From positions 1 through 59,948 of IMG/VR virus record IMGVR_UViG_3300044513_000342: a stretch of 59,948 nt of DNA; one strand, written 5' to 3'. A program made the position numbers and the translations under genes. This document shows positions 43,735 to 54,355 of the stretch, piece by piece (within the stretch, counting starts at the first letter, position 1; each line of letters starts with the position of its first letter). Origin of the DNA: a virus. Taxonomy: Duplodnaviria > Caudoviricetes. The notes under the pieces are model-generated. The model was not told where the DNA came from. It made no database searches and saw nothing but the letters and a program-made list of their open reading frames with translations.

Positions 43735-46700
43735 TTAATTGAGTGGGGGACGATCTCATCACCAACTGTCACTAAATCTGGTCCACTAATTAAAGTACAT
43801 CCTTCGAAAGATGTATTTGTTTTGGATGTATATTGAATTGTAGATCCACCACTGGTAAAGATGTATCCAGCATCATCAAAGTAATTTGTAGTTTGTACTA
43901 AAATAGATGGGGTAGTACTTACTGCACCAGTCACACTAGATATTGCTACTGGATTTTGATGTGATGGATTGGCTAAGTTCCACTTTTGTCCAGATAGAGT
44001 AAAGTTAGAATTACTCCTCTTGACAAAATCATTTATAGTTAAAGAAGCAAAGTATCTGTCAAAGTGCTGGATAGTCCATCCAGATACTCCTGCATGTCCA
44101 TCATCATAACCAACAGTAGTCCAGTTTCCAATGTTAGAACCTAAGTTTCCAATAGTATATTCACCTTGATATTGGTTGAGACCTTCATTAGCATTCACAA
44201 TAGTAATAACGGTAAGATCTCTCTTAGTAACATCTTTTGATACAAGTGTTACAAATCCATTGTTTCTAGTTTCAATTGGGTTGGTGAAGAATACTTCTTC
44301 TTGGTAGAAGTCGAGTAGACCACTGGGTGGAGTGAATAGAAGCAGAGCAGTGGATTCTCTGCGTACAGAGTAATCAAACACAACATTGATTTGTTGCTCT
44401 TGTTCAACTACTGTCTCCTTGTGAGTGATGACCATAGGATCAATTCCTATGACACCAGCTTCAAATGTAGTATCTCTGCGGAATGTGATTGTAGAAATAG
44501 ATTCTACATCAATCTGTGGTTGAATCTCCAGAATGCTTGTTCTAGCAGAGGATTCTAGAGTTACTTGTCCACCTTCTGCTTGTACAGTTCTGAGAGATTC
44601 TGCACCTCTATTGTCAACCAGATAATTTGTTTGAACGGAACTGATGCTTTGAATGACGTTGACACCGCCAGGAACGACAGATACCATGTCTGGTAACTGA
44701 CGTACAAATGTTCCAGCAACCCAGAACTGATCGGTGGTTCCATCTTGTGCTCTTTCACAGAAGATGAAACGATCATCATACTTGCGTGGATAGTAGATAA
44801 CTTCGTCGCCAACAAGAAGTTTTCCGTTGGAAGAGAACTGTGATGTATCTGGGATGTATACAATAGTAGAACCTTGTGGAAGGTCTGTTTGTAGGAAAGC
44901 ACCAGCAGCGTAGTAGTTCTTGTTCTCCAGATGTGTATTGTCGAGTTCTCTTTGAACTGTGACAGTGACTGCTTGCCGTCTCTCTGTAGAGAGAGTAGAA
45001 ACAGTGATAACATTTGGAGCAGCAGTAGTAACAATAGATGTAATTTGTTTTTCTACGTCTAGTTTTTCCAATTCAATTGGTACAAGTCTATCAGTAGATC
45101 TTGTGCGTAGAACAATTCCAGGTTGATCTGCGCCAGCTGGCATATCAGATAGTTCTTCATCTGGCCAGATGTGCTCTTCAATCTCTCGCTCAATAATTAC
45201 AGGAGATTGTAAAACTGTTGATGTAATAAAAGCAGAAAGTGGAGGTGGAAGAGTAATTGGTTCGACACTACTATTGATAACTCGAATGGAGTTATCAAAC
45301 ACACTCTGAACACCAAGTTTGATGATACTGACTTCAATATCATTATCACGAATATGTTTGTAATTTCTGGTTACAACTGCTTTTGGTGCTTCGGTATATC
45401 CAGAACCACCATAAATTAAGTCTACACTAATTACTCTACCGTTGCTTACAACAACAGCAGCACGAGCACCACCACCATTTGCAGTTCTAGGTACAAACTC
45501 AATCTGTGGTGGTGTATCATATTGATATGCAGTAGATTCCGCTAATTTACCGTCAGACTTTATAACTGGTTTGTTCCAATCCAATCTGGCGATACGTAAA
45601 GCACCATTTCCATCAGACTCCATAATTGGAGTGATGCTAAGACCTGCTCCACGGGTAATATCATTGTAAGGAGTAACTCCATAAGAACCATAATGATCAG
45701 CAGTTACATCTTGGTCTTCCCTGTATTCTTTAGCAAAAATATTTCCAGGTACATACTTAATAGTTCTTGCTGTCTTTTCACCATCAATTTTTATTCTGTC
45801 ACCAGGAGCAATCTTAAAGAATCCTTTTTTCTTCAGAGAGTCTCTAGTATTCTTTACATCATTCTTAAACCAAGATTGAGATTCTCTTGCCAAGAGAGTT
45901 TTTCCTTCTGCATCTACATTTTCTGTAGTTAAAGTACATGGATTTGTAGTAGTATCAATTGTAAAGGCGGGACCGTTTGGATTGAAAATAATTCCAACTT
46001 TGATGTCCAAAGATGGATCTATAGTTGTGTTATTCGACCTCAAACGGAATTCTAGATTAGATCCACTAGTCCAGAAATTAACCATTTTACCCAATGATTT
46101 TCTGTATCCATTTGGCAGTTCTTGGTAGAAGAATACATTGTCATAAGTCGATGGATAGCCCTTATCGCTATTCCACCAGGCAGTGTATCCTTGATATACA
46201 GATCCAGCACCATTTGATACCGTCAAAGTTTTTTCAATCAAATAACTTCCTGGTTCATGATCGTATAGAGTTACGATCTTTTCATATTCTTTTCCATAAA
46301 GGAGTCTGATGTCAACTACGTCTTCTTTTCTTAATGGATAACTAAAAGTAATTGCTGGACCAGAAATTGTGTATGCAGCTGTAGAACCGTAATCTTGGAT
46401 GACACCATTTACTAGTACAACCAAAAATCTCTGGTCATCAACGTTATAAACACTTCCATCGTCAACAGAAAGAATTAGGAAAGGACCCTTTGTACTAGAT
46501 CCTTCTTCCAGAACAGGCGTAGAATCAATAGTATATCTGCGATAGCTACCAATGTTGTATGCGAAGAATTTTTCTACCGCTGTGGGTTCTCCAATAGTTT
46601 TTGCGGAAATATCTTGATCCCAAATTGGTGGAGAATCAAAAACAATTTGATTTGGATTTTTGGTTCTGTCAATATAGTATGCATCGAAAGCAGGTTCATT

Positions 46701-49700
46701 TGGACTGAACTTATTTCTTTGTACAACACCATTCAACGCAACCAGTAAGTTGTCTTCTGGACCAGGAAGGTTAACAGCAGTTCCATCTTCATAATAAAGG
46801 TCAAATATCGTTGTTTCTCCATCAATGTAGTCTGGTAGAGATTTGGTTTGCGTTGTTCCAGTAACTGTCAGAGTAATATTATCTTCTAGAACAAAAACAG
46901 CAGAAATTACATCTGAACACTCAGAAGATGGTAACTGGTTATCTGGGATGATATTTAGATTTGTGACTGGCGTTGTGCTTGTATAATTTCCAGTGCTGTT
47001 GGAATTGAAGTAAGTTCTATCTACTACAGTAGGACCAGAGTTAAAAATAGTATCAATGATATCATAATATGTGTTTAATGCAGATGCTACAGTTGCACAC
47101 TCTGGTTGGTTGGGGTCTGCAATGACCTCAGAATCAATGAATGGTTGTATATTTGTGTAGATAGTAGTTCCTGGCAAGGTCTGTCTAATTGCTAAGACAC
47201 AAAGTTCATTTAGCACCTTATCATAAGTTGCTAGAGTCTCTGTTAACTGATCATTAATGTATTGAAGTTTGCTTCCAATGAAATACAATTCCGCAAACTC
47301 TACAATATCATAGTTTCCGCCATATCTCAAGTGCTTTACTACTGCATCTAGTAAGAAACCAGTGTCTCTTCTGCACTTAGTCTCCTTAGATGTCCAGTTA
47401 ATTGCTGGATATGTTGCTTTTGCCCAGTTTACTGCATAATCAATAATATAATCTCTATTGCGATTGATCAAATTTGAACCATCATAGAAAGTTCCATTAT
47501 TAGTTCCAGAGAACGTAAATGTAATTTGATTAAGACCAGAGAATACTGGAGCAGCTGTTAAACTTGTTCCTGGTGGAATAGAATAAGTATCTCCAGGACT
47601 TACTACACCAGTTCCAGTTGGAAGTGTGACATCGCCACTTTGAGTTCCATTCAAATAAGTATTTCCAGGAGCAGCTGATCCAGATGGAGGAATACCACTA
47701 GCAACAATAGAATTTCCAGAAAGTCTAACTTGAGTATCACTTACAATTTCAATAACTTTAATATTGCTTGAACGTGGGAAAGCAGATCCAGCACTAACAT
47801 ATGCGCCAATAGCAATATTACTAGTGTCAGTAACAGTAACTAGATCACTGCCAGAACCCCAAGAAGCATTAACCGCAATCCAATCCCAGTTTCTGATTGC
47901 CAACTTTGCAAGTCTTACTGCATAAGAAATCGCGGCATTAATATATGTTTCGTAATTATCATACTTGACAACGAATGTCTCGGCATAATCTATGGACTTA
48001 ACATTGCCACCAAATCTAATATCGTGGCTAAGTGCTTCTAATACGAGTCTAATGTCATCTCTGAATTTTGGTTCAAGAATATTCCAGGGAATAGTGTTAT
48101 TGCTGATGACAGAAGAATATGTGCTTTCAAACCAACCTAGTGTTTCAAGAATAATAAAATCGGTATTTCTCTCAATTTGATTTGCAGAGTCTAACCATCT
48201 ACCACCCCTTTGGTAGATATTTCTTACCTTTTTGAGTACATCACCGTTTAGTGCAGAATCTCTAAATGAGAATACTTTTCCTAAGAATTTTTGTGCAAGA
48301 ATTCTCTGTCCTTCCACAACTGTTTCCCCAAGTGGAGGTGCTGCAAAAGTAATGGCACTACCATTGACTGTAAAAGATACTCCTGGTTCTTGAATTACTC
48401 CATCAATAGTAATAATTAGTGCTTGCTCATTGTATGGAGTTACTAGAGTGTTGGTTCCCTTTTTAACTAAGTTAAAAGTTCTCGTGCCAACTAGTTGACC
48501 GTTGGAGTTAAACACGCCATCAAAAGCAGCATCTAATTCTAGTTCTTCGGCAAGAAGATCTTGGAAATTGTATTCCTGTACAGATACTGTACCAGTACCT
48601 TCTCTTGCTCTATAATCTTCCAGTCTTTGAATAGACTGTGTAATTGTCCTTCTTGTATTTTCTACAGTAATCTTGTTCTTATTTGGATCCCATAGTTGTA
48701 CAACAGTAAAGTGACTTGCTTTTGGAGATTCCACTGGCATCTCAGAAGATGCAACAGGATCAATAATAACCTCACCAAACAGTTTCATACCTGCTGGGTG
48801 TGTGGTCTTTTTAATCAGATCTCTCCAAACATTAATTGATGTTCTGGATTTGATTACGTAAGAGTAGTCTTGGTAGAAGAAAGAATCAGTTAGTCTTTGA
48901 TTGCTATTACCAACTCTACCTCTATCAGAAGTATAGTATCCCTGATTGTCATATGCAGATCTAATATCTAAGGAGAAGTTAGTTACATAAGTCGCAAAAA
49001 TTGTACCAGAATTTTTAGATCTAACACTAACTACATCAAAATTCTCTCTAAAGAAACCTTGAATGTTGACAATGGATAGTAAATTAGATCCCTCGCGCCA
49101 TTCGGCAACAATACCTCTAGCTACTTCTGTACCATTAATTGTCTGAGTTACAATCTCTCCTTTTTCGAATGCATTTTCTGGATAGTTTTTCAGTGCATAG
49201 ACATAAGGAGTAGTGTAGTTAGAATATAGGGTCTGATCTTTGTGGAAAGATGCTCCATTCCTAACAATTGAAACATTCTTGGGAACGCCAATATCTTGTC
49301 CACTTGGAAATAGTTTTACATCAGACTCTACAATTGCAACTGTAGGAGCTGCTGTATATCCCTTTCCTTTTGACTTTACCGTAGCATATACAACTTCGCC
49401 ATTTCTAACAATTGCATCAAAAGATGCTTTATCCCCTGTATTATGATCAGTAACGACAATTTTTGGATTAGAGTAATTAGATCCTACATTATCAATTCTA
49501 ATACCAGTGATAGTTTTAGTGAAATCATCAAAAAGAACTGTGGCTTCTGCCAAGTAAGTCTCAGTAGGATAAACACCAACTACAATTGGTGTTTTGCTGT
49601 AAACATCACCAATATTGGTAATAGAAACTTCGTTAATTTCTCCAATAGAAAATGCAGAAGATGTAGTGTATGTAATACTGCCACTGCCATCATACTGAGG

Positions 49701-52700
49701 TTCCTTATCTAAGGAATAACAGAATCTATTGGAAGTAACATAATTTACGACTTTTCTTCCAGTTAAAGGATCTTTGATTATCTTTAAATAAGAATCTTCA
49801 GACTCAACTAATCCATTTCGATCGAAGTAGTAGTAATTAGAAAACTCGGTTGGTCTCTTGGTAGAATAATTATTTGTTGCTGTTGTAGGACCAAATCCAA
49901 ACTTAACCGTAATTTGAGCACCTGCTGCTCCAGGCAAGATAGCAGATTCGGTTTTTTCTACTGGAATGATATTAAAGCTCTTACTTGGGCTGAAATCAAG
50001 ATAACTTCCTGTTAGCGAACTATCAGAAGTATCGAAAACATATTTGTAATATTCCTGGATTTCTAAAACTGGGTTAGTTTCATAATCTCCAGTTAATCCT
50101 CTACGAAACTCAAATTTATTTGTTGGACTTGTAGCTGTAGAAATATCAACAAGTCTCTGGGGAGAACTATTTTCAAAAAAGGAATCAAACGAAGTAATAC
50201 CTTGAAGAGTATTGATGTTTGTTGTAGATGGATAAACAACAAATAGTTTATGGGTAACAGGATCATAAGATACACTTTCCGATCCATTTACTTGATAATT
50301 GCTGTCGAAGTTATATCTACCGTTGTACAATACTGCATCTGCATTATCATAATGATCTACAGCAGTAGTGCTTTCTTGCGCTCTTTCAACAGTCAGTCTA
50401 TTTCCAGAAATAGAGGAAATTTTAATAATTTCGTCATCAATTTTTACTAAATCATTTTCAGCAAATCTAGACGCATCATCTACTGTAATTTGTGTAGCTT
50501 CTCTAGAAACACCAACATGATCAACATATACAATCAATCTCTGAGTGCTCTGTGAAGCACCAGATCTGACTAGTTCTGCGTCATCTACAGATAAAAGATC
50601 TTCTCTCTTATATCCAGTACCGCCATCTGTAATTTGGATAGACGTTACATATCCATCAGAACCTACTACAATGTTTGCTTTTGCTCCAGATCCACTGCCA
50701 CCAGTTAGAGGAATGTTAGTATAACTACCAGTAGTATAATCCCAACCAACATTATAAGTAAGAAGTCTGCCAATACCAGTATAATTTACTTTGGTCGCAA
50801 ATGATGGTGGTACTAACTGCAGATCTTGATAGATTCTCTTTCTTACATAATAAGTTGTGGTCTTAGTAGTATCGGATGGGTTGATAGAGACATTAACAAT
50901 ATCCTCTAAACCAACACCATGATCTTCATTAGTTTCTACTAATGCAACCAATTGGTTTACATCAAATGGTTCTAGTCCATCGCTAAGAGACCTAAACCCA
51001 GTAATTCTTGTACCAGATGTATCGCCTAAGTTATTACTTGCTAGGTAATGGTCTGCAAGGTTTTCTTCAGTTTCAAAATAGTATGGTGCCGTCCCAGTTG
51101 CTACATCATCTGGAGTAGAGGGGTCTTTGTCGTAGTCTGCAGTTGGTAAAACTTTTACAGTAACAATATTAGAGTCTGCTGTTGTAGAAAGAACTTCTCC
51201 AAAAGCTACCTTTGCAACTGCACCATCAGTTAACTTAAGAATTGATCCTGCAGCATAAGAAGAAGACTTATCAAGGAAAAGATTTAGTACCTTAATAGAA
51301 GCAGAGAATGTATTTGTAGTATCAAAAGTTCCCTGTACATTTCTAAGAACAACAACAGTGTCATTTCTTACTGTACCTACAACTTCACCAGATGCTCCAG
51401 TAGCAGGTTGAGATAGAGTATCACCAGAAAATAGATATGCTGGATTGATAACTTCAAGACGTGTTGCTTTTGTCTCAGTAGACTCCAACCAATTTACAGA
51501 TTTTCCTTTTACACTAGAAACAATTGCTTCAGCACCAAATCCACCAGTTCCTGTATTATCAAATACTAGTTTTGATCCTACGCTGAAATTTCCAGAAGAA
51601 GAGGTTATATCAACAGTATCAATACTTCCATTCTTTACACTATTAATAGTTGCAATTACGTTTCCTCCATTCGGTGGAGTTCCAGGTCTAAAGAAACGTC
51701 TTGCATTTACTGGAAGATCTGTTTGTGACAGATTTGAATTGTAGTTAGAATCTATAGGAAGAGAGTAATAATTTTGACCAAGAATATATGGATACTGTGG
51801 GATTTGCTGACTATTAATAGTCAAGAAGTATGCATAAGTTCCATTTGGAAATTGTGGAGTAACACAATATCTTCCGTTGTTCTGGTCCAAAGAACCACTG
51901 CGATGTCTATATTCATAGTCATCAATAAATGTTCCTAGAGGATATGTTGTGGTAGATGGACCTTCTGCACGATTTGTTCTTTGGACATAACTAGATGTCA
52001 TCCTTACAATAGGAGACTGAGGATCTAGTGGATTCTCATGTGCAAATGGACCATAGATTGGGTTTCCATCATATGCAAATCCAAGAATAGGAGAATGAGT
52101 TTTGGTAGAAGGTTCTTGGAATGTAGAATTTAAGTTATCATTTAAAGCAACACGAAGAGATTTGGGATTAGCTACATGACCATATCCATACTCAAGTGCG
52201 CTGTTATAGTTCTCGAACAAATATCCATACTCTGTATCGAGTTTGGACTCTAAGTTAACAAATCTATTTCTAAACCATCTTCGGATAGAAGCACTACCTT
52301 GTGCGCCAGAACCAACAGGTTCTACAATAACTTCAATATTAGCCTGATCATAAAATTCACCTTCATTGATAACTTCATATCCAGTAATTTTACCGCCAGT
52401 TAGAACTGCTTTATATTCTGCAAATCTTCCTCTTCCTAACTTATCTCTGATAATAATAGTAGGAGGAACAGAATAATAATCACCACCATTATCAATTACA
52501 AGGCTAGTTACTTTACCTAGAGTGACGATTGCACGTACTACTGCATCTCTACCAGAAGTAATTTCTACTCTTGGTGTTTTTGAATATAACCCAGGATTTA
52601 GAAGTGTAATAGACTCTACAAATTCTCCAGAAAGATTGGCAATAGCCTTTCCAGCAACTCCATCAACTAAAACAAATGGAGGAGCAGTATACTTCGATCC

Positions 52701-54350
52701 TTTAACTGTTACATCAATTTTTTGGAGTCTTCCAAAATCAACATACGATGGATCCTTATAACCATAAACTCGAACACCATTAACCAAGATACCAACTTCA
52801 GTTTTTGGAGTTTCGTAAATTTCGGTAGTTCTAGTAGCAGATTTTCTAATCAGTTTTAAAAGTTTCTGATCTCTTACATTTGTTGGAGCATTCTGTGCTC
52901 CATCTAGAATTGGATATGATGGATAACCAGAAGAAGCAATATAATAATATTGCTCGTCTTCAAAGATTGCAGAAACATCTGTAGATAATCCAGCAAGTGT
53001 TTGCTGAATCAATGCATAACCAGGAGTAGACACCTGTGTTGTGCCAGTGAACTTCCATCTTGGATTATTTTGCTGATCCATAATTTTAGGATCAGCGGTT
53101 GTAAATCCAGGCAGTCCAATTTGGATCTTCTCCCCAACACTAGCGTTTGGTTGTCCATCTACAACATTCAAATTGTAAACAAGACCAAATGCTAATAAAG
53201 TTACGCCCTCACCAGAGAGTTCAATGGGTTCATAGACCTCAGTTCCAACAGGATACGTTCCTTGTGTCTGTCTGCTGTTGATAGTAAACTGAGTGATATT
53301 CTTATCACTGAAAGTGAATACTTCTGTACCAATTAAGAGTTTTCCTGTTCTTCTCCACCCTAAAGTAGAAAAGACTTCAATAGAATCACCCTTAGTGTCG
53401 GAACTTTGGATTGCTTTGGTTAATTCTGTCTTGGAAGTTAGTGCAAACTCACCATTAATTGTTTCCTGAGCTAGGAAAATATTGTAGATATTTTCGCCAT
53501 CTACAGTGCTATCAAATCTTACATTATCTACTGTAGCAGAAGCAAAAGCAACACCACCAGAAGATGGTTGTGTAATGACCTTGCCAATAAGATCATTGAC
53601 ATTTCCACTAAGAACTTTTGCCTTTAGTGCATATCCTTTTACCCAATCAGATTCCGAAGACTTGTAAGTGAGATCTCTTGGATTGTATAGAGTTGGTGTA
53701 TTCTCTTCTCCACCAGCAACTAGTGTATTAAAAATGAATCTTACAGAGGCATCTGTACCCTTTGCCTTGTAAAACTTACGAATGTTCTTGATAAGAGTTC
53801 TCTTGTCAACTTCACCCTTCAAATACTTCTCGGGGAAAGCACCAAGATACTGTGCTTCAAAACTCTTAATCAGAGCATACAGAAATAGATTACTAACGTT
53901 CTGTACTTCAGAACCACCAGAGTGAGCAGTAGCAACTGTGCTTACAAAATTGCTGCTACTATAAAGGTCGCCAAGCTTAGTGTTTCCACTAACACCTCTG
54001 CTTACATCCTCAAAGGTTGTATTTGTTCTAGTCTTGTAAAAGCAAATCTCATCATCAATCTTGAAGTAACCATTCTCCTCGGGAAAAGAGGTTGCATCAG
54101 CAACAGTAATAGATGTTGCAGAATCTGTAATGTTCCCAGCAAGAGTCGTCTTCTGTCTTAGCAGGTTCTTCTCATAGTAATCGATATCTGCATATGTTTG
54201 CAGATTACTGATGACATCAAGAGGTTGACCTTGCAACTCCTGCTGCTCATAGTATTTTGTTACAAACTTACTGAAAAGTTCGTATTCAGAGGTTATGAAC
54301 TCTGGGAGCTGAGACTCGATCAGAGTGGAAATTGCTTTTTTTACTGCCAT
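43731..54350 (-). CDS. gp7: Baseplate wedge initiator gp7-like giant protein (3539 aa)
   Basis: ISTLIESQLPEF, KNIRKFYKAKGT, HSPILGFAYDGNPIYGP (YHYH-like domain), DSFFYQDYSYVIKS...HPAG; lies between gp6 and gp8. Confidence 0.88.
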   Translation of the reverse strand: MAVKKAISTLIESQLPEFITSEYELFSKFVTKYYEQQELQGQPLDVISNLQTYADIDYYEKNLLRQKTTLAGNITDSATSITVADATSFPEENGYFKIDDEICFYKTRTNTTFEDVSRGVSGNTKLGDLYSSSNFVSTVATAHSGGSEVQNVSNLFLYALIKSFEAQYLGAFPEKYLKGEVDKRTLIKNIRKFYKAKGTDASVRFIFNTLVAGGEENTPTLYNPRDLTYKSSESDWVKGYALKAKVLSGNVNDLIGKVITQPSSGGVAFASATVDNVRFDSTVDGENIYNIFLAQETINGEFALTSKTELTKAIQSSDTKGDSIEVFSTLGWRRTGKLLIGTEVFTFSDKNITQFTINSRQTQGTYPVGTEVYEPIELSGEGVTLLAFGLVYNLNVVDGQPNASVGEKIQIGLPGFTTADPKIMDQQNNPRWKFTGTTQVSTPGYALIQQTLAGLSTDVSAIFEDEQYYYIASSGYPSYPILDGAQNAPTNVRDQKLLKLIRKSATRTTEIYETPKTEVGILVNGVRVYGYKDPSYVDFGRLQKIDVTVKGSKYTAPPFVLVDGVAGKAIANLSGEFVESITLLNPGLYSKTPRVEITSGRDAVVRAIVTLGKVTSLVIDNGGDYYSVPPTIIIRDKLGRGRFAEYKAVLTGGKITGYEVINEGEFYDQANIEVIVEPVGSGAQGSASIRRWFRNRFVNLESKLDTEYGYLFENYNSALEYGYGHVANPKSLRVALNDNLNSTFQEPSTKTHSPILGFAYDGNPIYGPFAHENPLDPQSPIVRMTSSYVQRTNRAEGPSTTTYPLGTFIDDYEYRHRSGSLDQNNGRYCVTPQFPNGTYAYFLTINSQQIPQYPYILGQNYYSLPIDSNYNSNLSQTDLPVNARRFFRPGTPPNGGNVIATINSVKNGSIDTVDITSSSGNFSVGSKLVFDNTGTGGFGAEAIVSSVKGKSVNWLESTETKATRLEVINPAYLFSGDTLSQPATGASGEVVGTVRNDTVVVLRNVQGTFDTTNTFSASIKVLNLFLDKSSSYAAGSILKLTDGAVAKVAFGEVLSTTADSNIVTVKVLPTADYDKDPSTPDDVATGTAPYYFETEENLADHYLASNNLGDTSGTRITGFRSLSDGLEPFDVNQLVALVETNEDHGVGLEDIVNVSINPSDTTKTTTYYVRKRIYQDLQLVPPSFATKVNYTGIGRLLTYNVGWDYTTGSYTNIPLTGGSGSGAKANIVVGSDGYVTSIQITDGGTGYKREDLLSVDDAELVRSGASQSTQRLIVYVDHVGVSREATQITVDDASRFAENDLVKIDDEIIKISSISGNRLTVERAQESTTAVDHYDNADAVLYNGRYNFDSNYQVNGSESVSYDPVTHKLFVVYPSTTNINTLQGITSFDSFFENSSPQRLVDISTATSPTNKFEFRRGLTGDYETNPVLEIQEYYKYVFDTSDSSLTGSYLDFSPSKSFNIIPVEKTESAILPGAAGAQITVKFGFGPTTATNNYSTKRPTEFSNYYYFDRNGLVESEDSYLKIIKDPLTGRKVVNYVTSNRFCYSLDKEPQYDGSGSITYTTSSAFSIGEINEVSITNIGDVYSKTPIVVGVYPTETYLAEATVLFDDFTKTITGIRIDNVGSNYSNPKIVVTDHNTGDKASFDAIVRNGEVVYATVKSKGKGYTAAPTVAIVESDVKLFPSGQDIGVPKNVSIVRNGASFHKDQTLYSNYTTPYVYALKNYPENAFEKGEIVTQTINGTEVARGIVAEWREGSNLLSIVNIQGFFRENFDVVSVRSKNSGTIFATYVTNFSLDIRSAYDNQGYYTSDRGRVGNSNQRLTDSFFYQDYSYVIKSRTSINVWRDLIKKTTHPAGMKLFGEVIIDPVASSEMPVESPKASHFTVVQLWDPNKNKITVENTRRTITQSIQRLEDYRAREGTGTVSVQEYNFQDLLAEELELDAAFDGVFNSNGQLVGTRTFNLVKKGTNTLVTPYNEQALIITIDGVIQEPGVSFTVNGSAITFAAPPLGETVVEGQRILAQKFLGKVFSFRDSALNGDVLKKVRNIYQRGGRWLDSANQIERNTDFIILETLGWFESTYSSVISNNTIPWNILEPKFRDDIRLVLEALSHDIRFGGNVKSIDYAETFVVKYDNYETYINAAISYAVRLAKLAIRNWDWIAVNASWGSGSDLVTVTDTSNIAIGAYVSAGSAFPRSSNIKVIEIVSDTQVRLSGNSIVASGIPPSGSAAPGNTYLNGTQSGDVTLPTGTGVVSPGDTYSIPPGTSLTAAPVFSGLNQITFTFSGTNNGTFYDGSNLINRNRDYIIDYAVNWAKATYPAINWTSKETKCRRDTGFLLDAVVKHLRYGGNYDIVEFAELYFIGSKLQYINDQLTETLATYDKVLNELCVLAIRQTLPGTTIYTNIQPFIDSEVIADPNQPECATVASALNTYYDIIDTIFNSGPTVVDRTYFNSNSTGNYTSTTPVTNLNIIPDNQLPSSECSDVISAVFVLEDNITLTVTGTTQTKSLPDYIDGETTIFDLYYEDGTAVNLPGPEDNLLVALNGVVQRNKFSPNEPAFDAYYIDRTKNPNQIVFDSPPIWDQDISAKTIGEPTAVEKFFAYNIGSYRRYTIDSTPVLEEGSSTKGPFLILSVDDGSVYNVDDQRFLVVLVNGVIQDYGSTAAYTISGPAITFSYPLRKEDVVDIRLLYGKEYEKIVTLYDHEPGSYLIEKTLTVSNGAGSVYQGYTAWWNSDKGYPSTYDNVFFYQELPNGYRKSLGKMVNFWTSGSNLEFRLRSNNTTIDPSLDIKVGIIFNPNGPAFTIDTTTNPCTLTTENVDAEGKTLLARESQSWFKNDVKNTRDSLKKKGFFKIAPGDRIKIDGEKTARTIKYVPGNIFAKEYREDQDVTADHYGSYGVTPYNDITRGAGLSITPIMESDGNGALRIARLDWNKPVIKSDGKLAESTAYQYDTPPQIEFVPRTANGGGARAAVVVSNGRVISVDLIYGGSGYTEAPKAVVTRNYKHIRDNDIEVSIIKLGVQSVFDNSIRVINSSVEPITLPPPLSAFITSTVLQSPVIIEREIEEHIWPDEELSDMPAGADQPGIVLRTRSTDRLVPIELEKLDVEKQITSIVTTAAPNVITVSTLSTERRQAVTVTVQRELDNTHLENKNYYAAGAFLQTDLPQGSTIVYIPDTSQFSSNGKLLVGDEVIYYPRKYDDRFIFCERAQDGTTDQFWVAGTFVRQLPDMVSVVPGGVNVIQSISSVQTNYLVDNRGAESLRTVQAEGGQVTLESSARTSILEIQPQIDVESISTITFRRDTTFEAGVIGIDPMVITHKETVVEQEQQINVVFDYSVRRESTALLLFTPPSGLLDFYQEEVFFTNPIETRNNGFVTLVSKDVTKRDLTVITIVNANEGLNQYQGEYTIGNLGSNIGNWTTVGYDDGHAGVSGWTIQHFDRYFASLTINDFVKRSNSNFTLSGQKWNLANPSHQNPVAISSVTGAVSTTPSILVQTTNYFDDAGYIFTSGGSTIQYTSKTNTSFEGCTLISGPDLVTVGDEIVPHSIN

Positions 54351-54355
54351 CTATA

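Noticed and set aside
990-50287. Short minus-strand ORFs nested out of frame in large genes (e.g. 3591..3989, 5382..5669, 44561..45034)
   Set aside because: Leu-rich alternative-frame artefacts of codon bias inside established genes.
18495-54350. Diversity-generating retroelement or invertible tail-fibre cassette
   Set aside because: No reverse transcriptase or invertase is present. The repeats I saw are diverged protein-level modules, not near-identical DNA repeats, though I could not run a self-alignment.
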